DNA from: Pseudomonadales bacterium
Lineage (GTDB): Bacteria; Pseudomonadota; Gammaproteobacteria; Pseudomonadales; Balneatricaceae
Assembly (NCBI GenBank): GCA_034110645.1
Contig: JAWUYU010000066.1
Span: forward strand, 2,266 to 66,265
Direction: 5' to 3'
Length of the DNA: 64,000 nucleotides
The translations under genes were made by a program, and so were the position numbers. Shown here one piece after another: positions 57,160-64,000 of this stretch (positions are counted from its first letter, which is position 1; each line of letters starts with the position of its first letter). A model generated the notes under the pieces. The model saw nothing but the letters and a program-made list of their open reading frames with translations, searched no databases and had not been told where the DNA came from.

Positions 57160-57435
57160 CTAACCCAAGCAGCGCAGCAGCTGCTTGTGGATCTCTGCTT
57201 CAATCTGGCTCTTCATTGGAGTTAGCATCATACCAAGGGTCAGTGCCACATCTACAGCCCCTTCTGATAGCACCATAGAGCCTTTTACGCCTTGGCGCTC
57301 AAGCATCAACACATCACCCTGCCAGTGGCTCTTTACTCCTAGCTTTGCTTCTAGCTTAGAGGAAAAAATTTGTACCGCTTCGCGGGCTTCTTCCATTGAT
57401 CGTTGATGGGGGTATGAAATTTGTATACTGGCCAT
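57160..57435 (-). CDS. Polyhydroxyalkanoate-system (PHA granule region) small protein
   Basis: 91 aa with H....EAR, W.GD...R.GVKG and LGMML.PMK..IE.EI pattern. Confidence 0.75.
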   Translation of the reverse strand: MASIQISYPHQRSMEEAREAVQIFSSKLEAKLGVKSHWQGDVLMLERQGVKGSMVLSEGAVDVALTLGMMLTPMKSQIEAEIHKQLLRCLG

Positions 57436-57607
57436 GGTTAGTCACTAAATGTAAGAAGATTAGACAGGCTCTATATTAATCTTGCCTTAGGTTATAAACA
57501 AGATAGCGGCTTGCAGGTCATGAACATCTTCACACCTTATTCTATTTTTATAGCAGGCTATAACTTTTTAGTATTAGACACTGCGAAGGATGTTGGTAAT
57601 ATGCCTC

Positions 57608-57712
57608 AAGCGCAAAAAAAATAATAAGCGCAATAAGAAAAAAATATACCCTTTGGCTTAATAATAAAAATAAACTAGCCTCAGAAAGCAGCTCATACGA
57701 GTTGCTTTTTTT
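57608..57712 (+). ncRNA. Candidate A-rich small RNA (5' end approximate)
   Basis: Upstream TAGACA-N16-TAATAT with TG extension; several AAN/ARN tracts; ends in a strong plus-strand terminator; both flanking genes are on the minus strand. Confidence 0.5.
57685..57712 (+). terminator. Intrinsic terminator
   Basis: AAAGCAGCTC-ATAC-GAGTTGCTTTTTTT; the G-U pair and U7 tail fit the plus strand. Confidence 0.8.
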
Positions 57713-57783
57713 ATGCTTTAAATTTATACCAAGGTGCTAAACCAATATATCTGAGTCAGGGTACGTCCAGCTAATGTGGCCTC

Positions 57784-58146
57784 TTAACCACCACACTGTT
57801 TTTTGAGCACCCACGAAGACAAGCTTAGCATACGATTTTTTAGCTGCTCGTATTCATCCTGCGCTGCTTTAGAGTCACTACGGCCATCCACCAGAAACAA
57901 CACTGGCCAATACAACACACCACCAATAAACTCTAACTGCTCCATTTGTGCATCTTCATCTCGCACACTAGCGATTTCTTGCATCTGACTAGCAATACGC
58001 CGAGCCTCAGAATACAGCTGATCACAACTAAAAGCATCATAGGCAGCCGTAAAACTAGGCACCTCAACAGTTGACTCAACCTTAGCTGGCGCACTAGAAC
58101 AGGCCACAGTAAAGCCAGCTAATAGCAATAATATAAATTTTTTCAC
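57784..58146 (-). CDS. Hypothetical lipoprotein
   Basis: GTG start at 58146: MKKFILLLLAGFTVAC lipobox-like signal, paired cysteines. Confidence 0.7.
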   Translation of the reverse strand: MKKFILLLLAGFTVACSSAPAKVESTVEVPSFTAAYDAFSCDQLYSEARRIASQMQEIASVRDEDAQMEQLEFIGGVLYWPVLFLVDGRSDSKAAQDEYEQLKNRMLSLSSWVLKKQCGG

Positions 58147-58233
58147 GATGCTACCCTCACAATACTCTAATCTAACAGACTGCCTCTCACACTTATAGTT
58201 CATTTAGAGATAGTTCCTGTTTATTTCACCCAC

Positions 58234-58262
58234 AAAAAAGCCGGCGAATAAGCCGGCTTTTT
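58234..58262 (-). terminator. Intrinsic terminator of typA
   Basis: AAAAAAGCCGGC-GAATAA-GCCGGCTTTTT. Confidence 0.85.
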
Positions 58263-58279
58263 ATTTGCGTTAGCAATAC

Positions 58280-60088
58280 TTACTTAGGTGCACGCTTACG
58301 TGCAGTTTCGGTAAGTAGACGCTTACGTAAACGGATGAAGTTAGGTGTTACTTCTACCAACTCATCGTCTTCGATAAACTCAAGCGCTTGCTCTAGTGTG
58401 AAACGAATTGGTGGGCTAAGCACGATGTTTTCATCAGTACCAGCTGCACGAATGTTGGTCAGCTGCTTACCCTTAGTTGGGTTAACTGCCAAGTCGTTAC
58501 CACGGCTGTGAACACCAATAAGCATACCTTCGTATACATCAATGTTTGGCTCAACCATTAAACGGCCACGGGTTTGTAGGTTAAACAAAGCAAACGCTAA
58601 GATCTTACCTTTAACCATGGAAATCAATACGCCGTTTTGACGCTCAGCCAAGGCACCCTTCTTCACTTCACCATAGTGATCGAACAAAGATGTCATTACG
58701 CCGCTACCCGACGTCAACGTTAAGAACTGGCCACGGAAACCAATCAAACCACGTGAAGGAATGATAAATTCTAAACGTGTGCGGCCTTTGCCGTCTGGTT
58801 CCATGTTAGTCATTTCGGCTTTACGACGACCCATTTCTTCCATCAAAGAACCTTGATGCTGGTCTTCACAGTCAATCAATACTGCTTCGTATGGCTCCAT
58901 CATTACGCCATCAACTTCTTTTTCAATAACCTGTGGACGACCCACACCCATCTCAAAGCCTTCCCGGCGCATACTTTCGATCAATACAGACAAGTGCAGT
59001 TCACCACGGCCTGATACAACAAAGCGGTCTGGTGAATCACCTGGATCAACACGTAGCGCTACGTTGTGGATCAATTCACGCTCTAAACGGTCACGAATGT
59101 TACGGCTGGTAACGTACTTGCCGTCTAGGCCAGCAAAAGGTGAATCGTTCACTTGGAACGTCATCGATACCGTTGGCTCATCAATGCTTAGAGGAGGTAA
59201 TGCCTCAACAGTATCAAGATGACAGATAGTGTCAGAAATGTTCAGGCCTTCAATGCCAGTAACACATACAATGTCGCCAGCTTGAGCTGTTGGTACATCA
59301 ATACGCTCAAGACCCATGTAGCTCATTACGTTTTGTAGCTTAGCAGTACGCTGCTTGCCATCAGAACCAACCACCTTAACTTGCTGACCTAGCTTCATTT
59401 TGCCACGCTTAATACGGCCTACACCGATAACGCCTACATAACTTGAGTAATCCAAGGCAGAAATTTGCATCTGTAAAGGGCCCTCAAGGTCTACGTCTGG
59501 CGCTTTAACGTTCTCAACCAATGACTCGAACAATGGCGTCATGTCTTCGGCCATGTTATCAACAGATGTACCCGCGATGCCGTTAATGGCAGACGCATAC
59601 ATTACTGGGAAGTCTAACTGCTCATCAGTAGCACCTAAAGAGTCAAACAAATCAAATACTTGATCCATAACCCAATCTGGGCGTGCGCCTGGACGGTCGA
59701 TCTTGTTGATTACTACAATTGGGCTCAACCCTTGCTGGAAAGCTTTTTGAGTTACAAAACGTGTTTGTGGCATAGGGCCATCTACAGCGTCTACCAACAA
59801 CAATACACAATCTACCATAGATAGAACACGTTCTACCTCACCACCAAAGTCCGCGTGTCCTGGTGTGTCTACGATGTTAATATGGTAGCCATTCCAGCTT
59901 ACAGCAGTGTTTTTTGCAGTAATGGTTATTCCACGTTCTTTTTCTTGGTCGTTAGAGTCCATAACGCGCTCTGCGCCTTGGTCACGACGATCAAGTGTGC
60001 CGGATTGTTCTAGCAACTTGTCTACCAAGGTGGTTTTACCATGGTCTACGTGGGCTACAATCGCCACATTTCTTAATTTTTCGATCAT
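58280..60088 (-). CDS. typA: Translational GTPase TypA/BipA
   Basis: [30 protein letters not shown]; divergent from glnA. Confidence 0.97.
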   Translation of the reverse strand: MIEKLRNVAIVAHVDHGKTTLVDKLLEQSGTLDRRDQGAERVMDSNDQEKERGITITAKNTAVSWNGYHINIVDTPGHADFGGEVERVLSMVDCVLLLVDAVDGPMPQTRFVTQKAFQQGLSPIVVINKIDRPGARPDWVMDQVFDLFDSLGATDEQLDFPVMYASAINGIAGTSVDNMAEDMTPLFESLVENVKAPDVDLEGPLQMQISALDYSSYVGVIGVGRIKRGKMKLGQQVKVVGSDGKQRTAKLQNVMSYMGLERIDVPTAQAGDIVCVTGIEGLNISDTICHLDTVEALPPLSIDEPTVSMTFQVNDSPFAGLDGKYVTSRNIRDRLERELIHNVALRVDPGDSPDRFVVSGRGELHLSVLIESMRREGFEMGVGRPQVIEKEVDGVMMEPYEAVLIDCEDQHQGSLMEEMGRRKAEMTNMEPDGKGRTRLEFIIPSRGLIGFRGQFLTLTSGSGVMTSLFDHYGEVKKGALAERQNGVLISMVKGKILAFALFNLQTRGRLMVEPNIDVYEGMLIGVHSRGNDLAVNPTKGKQLTNIRAAGTDENIVLSPPIRFTLEQALEFIEDDELVEVTPNFIRLRKRLLTETARKRAPK

Positions 60089-60248
60089 CTCACTACTCCA
60101 AACGGCCTCTATTGAACGTGGCCAAAATACGTATGGGCGGTGCTACACAGCACCGCCAAAAAAATGCAGCGCGAATTATATCAAAAGTACCGCGATAACA
60201 CAGCACTTAAGGTGCAACAAGAGAAACATTTATACATGCTTATTTTTT

Positions 60249-60297
60249 CGCACTTTATTAGTGCGCTCACACTTTAAGTGCGACTCTTTTTAGTGCA
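60249..60297. promoter_or_regulatory. NtrC enhancer (two sites) upstream of glnA
   Basis: CGCACTTTATTAGTGCG (60249-60265) and the weaker CGACTCTTTTTAGTGCA (60281-60297), 32 bp apart; consensus TGCACC-N5-GGTGCA. Confidence 0.75.
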
Positions 60298-60422
60298 AAC
60301 TATCACTGGATTAGTTTTTATTTGAAATGTTTTCCTTGTCAGAGGGATGACACCACACTGAAAACCACCTATATGCGACCAAAACCACCATAGAGAGTCA
60401 ATTTTGACGCCTTGCGTAAAGT

Positions 60423-60437
60423 TGGCATGAGCGTTGC
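60423..60437 (+). promoter_or_regulatory. sigma54 (-24/-12) promoter of glnA
   Basis: TGGCATGAGCGTTGC fits GG-N10-GC. Confidence 0.88.
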
Positions 60438-60537
60438 TACAACTATTAATAGCATTATTAGCAATGACAGCCAGTACGCTGCAACCCATACACGTTAACC
60501 CACTGGCTCTGAGGCCAGTTTTTATTGGAGAGACTTC

Positions 60538-61944
60538 ATGTCTGCAAATACACTTAAAATGATCAAAGACAGCGAAGCGCGCTGGGTAGACCTACGGTTC
60601 ACCGACACCAAAGGTAAAGAGCACCACGTAACGATTCCTGCACGCGTAGTAGACGAAGACTTCTTTTCTGAAGGCCAAATGTTCGATGGTTCTTCAATTT
60701 CTGGCTGGAAAGGCATTAACGATTCAGACATGATTATCATGCCTGACGACAGCTCTGCTGTATTAGACCCATTCACAGACCAAACTACCGTTAACCTACG
60801 CTGTGATGTAATTGAACCAACCACCATGCAAGGCTACGACCGTGACCCACGTTCAGTTGCTGCCCGCGCTGAAGAATACCTTAAGTCTACAGGCATCGGG
60901 GACACCGCATTCTTTGGCCCAGAGCCAGAATTCTTTGTATTTGATGACGTAAAGTGGAAAGCCGATATGCAAGGCGCCATGTATGAAATTAATTCTTCAG
61001 AAGGCGCTTGGCAGTCTAACGCCACCGTCGAAGGCGGCAACATGGGCCATCGCCCTGGAGTCAAAGGTGGTTATTTTCCAGTACCCCCAGTCGACTCTGC
61101 TCACGACATGCGCGGTGAAATGTGTGACGCTATGGAATCGATGGGTGTGGAAATAGAAGTACACCATCACGAAGTAGCAACCGCTAGCCAGAATGAAATT
61201 GGCACTAAGTTCAGCACCTTAGTGCGCAAGGCTGACGAAGTGCAGATACTTAAATACTGTGTGCATAATGTGGCGCACGCTTATGGCAAGACTGCTACCT
61301 TCATGCCTAAGCCTATTGTCGGTGATAATGGTTCTGGTATGCACGTACACCAGTCTATTGCTAAAGATGGCATTAACCTTTTTGCTGGCGACGGCTACGG
61401 TGGTTTGTCTGACATCGCGCTGTACTATATTGGTGGCATTATTAAGCATGCTAAGGCGCTTAACGCATTCACCAACGCCTCTACTAACGCCTACAAGCGC
61501 TTGGTGCCAGGTTTTGAAGCCCCTGTTATGCTGGCTTATTCTGCCCGTAACCGTTCTGCTTCTATCCGTATTCCGTACGTACGCAACCCCCGTGGTCGCC
61601 GTGTAGAAGTGCGATTCCCTGATCCCACAGCTAACCCATATTTGTGCTTTGCGGCACTATTGATGGCAGGCCTTGACGGTATTCAGAACAAAATACACCC
61701 AGGTGATGCAGCCGACAAAGATTTGTATGACCTACCAGCTGAAGAAGCCAAAGCAATTCCAACAGTTGCTAGAAGCTTAGAAGAAGCTCTTGATTCACTA
61801 GAAGTGGACCGTGAGTTCTTAACTCGTGGCGGCGTATTTACCGACGATATGATCGATGCTTACATCGCACTTAAGTACACTGAAGTAGAAGCAGTAAACA
61901 GCGTAACTCACCCTGTTGAGTTTGCCCTTTACTACTCTTGCTAA
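60538..61944 (+). CDS. glnA: Glutamine synthetase type I
   Basis: FDGSSI, HHEVA, TFMPKP, NGSGMH, adenylylation site DLYDLP. Confidence 0.98.
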   Translation: MSANTLKMIKDSEARWVDLRFTDTKGKEHHVTIPARVVDEDFFSEGQMFDGSSISGWKGINDSDMIIMPDDSSAVLDPFTDQTTVNLRCDVIEPTTMQGYDRDPRSVAARAEEYLKSTGIGDTAFFGPEPEFFVFDDVKWKADMQGAMYEINSSEGAWQSNATVEGGNMGHRPGVKGGYFPVPPVDSAHDMRGEMCDAMESMGVEIEVHHHEVATASQNEIGTKFSTLVRKADEVQILKYCVHNVAHAYGKTATFMPKPIVGDNGSGMHVHQSIAKDGINLFAGDGYGGLSDIALYYIGGIIKHAKALNAFTNASTNAYKRLVPGFEAPVMLAYSARNRSASIRIPYVRNPRGRRVEVRFPDPTANPYLCFAALLMAGLDGIQNKIHPGDAADKDLYDLPAEEAKAIPTVARSLEEALDSLEVDREFLTRGGVFTDDMIDAYIALKYTEVEAVNSVTHPVEFALYYSC

Positions 61945-61954
61945 GCGTATAACT

Positions 61955-61980
61955 AAAAGCCCTCTTAGGAGGGCTTTTTT
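61955..61980 (+). terminator. Intrinsic terminator after glnA
   Basis: AAAAGCCCTC-TTAG-GAGGGCTTTTTT. Confidence 0.88.
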
Positions 61981-61991
61981 AGCACACCCTG

Positions 61992-62008
61992 CGCACTAAT
62001 TTGGTGCA
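61992..62008. promoter_or_regulatory. NtrC site upstream of ntrB
   Basis: CGCACTAATTTGGTGCA, near consensus, in the same position as the E. coli glnLp site. Confidence 0.82.
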
Positions 62009-62044
62009 TCGACCTATTCCCATAAACCACCCATACGGAGTGCA

Positions 62045-63118
62045 ATGCCTAATCCACTGCAAGCCAGCCAAGCTCTTGCTAGCTTGGTTAACCATTTAAC
62101 CACCGCAATCGTTTTGGTTAACCCTCGCATGGAAATTGTGGCTCTCAATTTAGCTGCAGAGAATTTATTTCGAGTCAGCCAGCATCAAATGCAACTGGAA
62201 CCCATCAGCACTTTGCTATTGTTAGATCCGCTTCTTAAACAGCAATTACAACATAGCTCAAGCCATCAGCAATCTTTTACCAGTCACGACACCCAAATTC
62301 AGCAAGCCAATGGTCATAAACTATGGGTAGACTTAACTGTAACCACGGTAGATGAACAAGGCAGCTTAGCCTTAGAGATCCAACCTTTAGAACGTATGAA
62401 ACGCCTTACACAAGAAGCGCGCATGACAACGCAACAACAGGCCTCCTCTAACCTTATACGCAACCTTGCTCACGAAATTAAAAATCCACTAGGCGGCATT
62501 CGTGGCGCGGCACAGTTATTACAAAGAGAGCTTGATCCTTCTTTACACGAATTCACCGACATCATTATTTCCGAGGCAGATCGCCTAAGAGATCTAGTGG
62601 ATCGATTACTTGGCCCCCAGCGCCAAACCCAAAAACAAATTTGCAACATTCATCAGATACTAGACAAGATAGACCAGCTATTACGTGCCGAGGCCGGTGA
62701 CCAAGTGCAGCTTATACGGGATTATGACCCCAGCTTGCCAGAACTATTAATAGACGCCAACCAAATGACACAGGTGTTCCTCAATGTAGGGCGTAATGCA
62801 CTGCAAGCATTACTGGAACATAATATTATTGGTGGCCACATAAGCCTAAAAACCAGGGCCGTAAGACACTTCACTATAGGCAACACCTGCCATCGCCTAG
62901 CGTGCTGTATCAGCATAAGTGACAACGGCCCAGGCATTGCCGCAGACCTAAAAGAAGGCATATTCTTCCCATTGGTCACTCACCGTGCCCAAGGCACCGG
63001 ACTGGGTTTAAGCATTGCCCAAAGCCTTATACAACAGCATCAAGGCCTGATCGAATGTGACAGCCAGAAAGGCCACACTTGCTTTAATATTTACCTACCC
63101 ATGGAGAACCTCTCATGA
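62045..63118 (+). CDS. glnL: Nitrogen regulation sensor kinase NtrB
   Basis: PAS-like N-terminus, LAHEIKNPLGGIRGAAQLL, DYDPSLP, DNGPGI, GTGLGL. Confidence 0.95.
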   Translation: MPNPLQASQALASLVNHLTTAIVLVNPRMEIVALNLAAENLFRVSQHQMQLEPISTLLLLDPLLKQQLQHSSSHQQSFTSHDTQIQQANGHKLWVDLTVTTVDEQGSLALEIQPLERMKRLTQEARMTTQQQASSNLIRNLAHEIKNPLGGIRGAAQLLQRELDPSLHEFTDIIISEADRLRDLVDRLLGPQRQTQKQICNIHQILDKIDQLLRAEAGDQVQLIRDYDPSLPELLIDANQMTQVFLNVGRNALQALLEHNIIGGHISLKTRAVRHFTIGNTCHRLACCISISDNGPGIAADLKEGIFFPLVTHRAQGTGLGLSIAQSLIQQHQGLIECDSQKGHTCFNIYLPMENLS

Positions 63119-64000
63119 GCCAAGATGTATGGATAGTAGACGACGACCACGCTATTCGCTGGGTACTAGAGCGCGCATTACAACAAGCACAAATTAGCAG
63201 CCGCTGCTTTGAAGACGGCCAGCAGTTGTTGGATGCACTTGAGTCTGATTCACCAAGCCTAATTGTTAGCGATATTCGCATGCCAGGGATCGACGGCCTT
63301 AGGTTATTACAACGACTACAGCAACAAATTGCCCATGTGCCCGTTATTATTATGACCGCACACTCAGACTTAGACAGTGCCGTAGCTTCCTATCAAGGCG
63401 GCGCGTTTGATTATCTACCCAAACCGTTCGATATTGATGAAGCCGTAGTGTTAGTGCAACGAGGCTTGCAGCACGCCCAACAAGAAACAGGCACTAGCAC
63501 CCCAGAACCTGCACCAGCCAGTGCTAAGATCATTGGCGAAGCGCCTGCTATGCAGGAGGTGTTTAGGGCTATTGGCCGCCTGTCACAATCTAACATGACA
63601 GTGATGATTAACGGTGCTTCTGGCACCGGTAAAGAACTGATTGCCCATGCACTGCATCAGCATAGCCCACGGGCCAAACAACCTTTTATTCCCTTAAACA
63701 TGGCGGCTATTCAGAAAGACATTATTGAATCTGAGCTGTTTGGTCATGAAAAAGGTGCCTTTACAGGCGCAGCTAACCAACGCAAAGGGCACTTTGAACA
63801 AGCTCACGGCGGTACATTACTACTGGATGAAATAGGCGATATGCCTCCTGAAGCTCAAACTCGATTATTAAGAGTGCTAGCAGATGGAGAGTTTTATAGA
63901 GTGGGTGGCCACAATCTAGTTAAAGTAGATGTGCGTATTATTGCCGCCACACACCAAGACTTAACCAAACGAGTAGAGCAAGGATTATTCCGCGAAGACC
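63115..64000 (+). CDS. glnG: Nitrogen regulation response regulator NtrC (runs off the window)
   Basis: Manual translation MSQDVWIVDDDHAIRWVLE..DIRMPG..GASGTGKEL..ESELFGHEKGAFTGA. Confidence 0.95.
   Translation, partial: MSQDVWIVDDDHAIRWVLERALQQAQISSRCFEDGQQLLDALESDSPSLIVSDIRMPGIDGLRLLQRLQQQIAHVPVIIMTAHSDLDSAVASYQGGAFDYLPKPFDIDEAVVLVQRGLQHAQQETGTSTPEPAPASAKIIGEAPAMQEVFRAIGRLSQSNMTVMINGASGTGKELIAHALHQHSPRAKQPFIPLNMAAIQKDIIESELFGHEKGAFTGAANQRKGHFEQAHGGTLLLDEIGDMPPEAQTRLLRVLADGEFYRVGGHNLVKVDVRIIAATHQDLTKRVEQGLFRED

Noticed and set aside
60203-60215. GCACTTAAGGTGC as a third NtrC site
   Set aside because: Half-site spacing is N5 rather than the GCAC-N7-GTGC of NtrC boxes.

Overview
Mostly core chromosome of a marine gammaproteobacterium with Pseudomonas/Oceanospirillales-like gene order. 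In order: partial dsbA/frnE-like, ttcA, recQ, tupABC-aroC-prmB, smr, folE, sixA-gpsA-rhlB, dinG, lexA-sulA, M18 aminopeptidase, an arginine catabolic region (argR-like regulator, gdhB, astC, M20 hydrolase, aruF ... aruG, astD, astB), rsmD, ftsYEX-rpoH, tesA-ybbAP, sulP, rpmE, priA-argS-SPOR-hslVU, typA, glnA-ntrB-ntrC (partial). The only clearly accessory part is a ~5 kb opposite-strand insert (about 30336-35338) that separates aruF from aruG. It holds a GntR/UTRA-trpB-trpA operon with a consensus sigma70 promoter overlapped by a palindromic operator, a MipA/OmpV gene, an IS6 remnant, and a LysR fragment between 24-bp inverted repeats. Other notable non-coding signals: a candidate A-rich orphan sRNA (about 57608-57712), a 158-bp MITE-like hairpin, a 42-bp loopless palindrome upstream of recQ, and short tandem repeats over several gene 3' ends. 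No rRNA, tRNA, CRISPR array or intact transposase/integrase was seen. All calls are by eye from motifs; no database searches were run.
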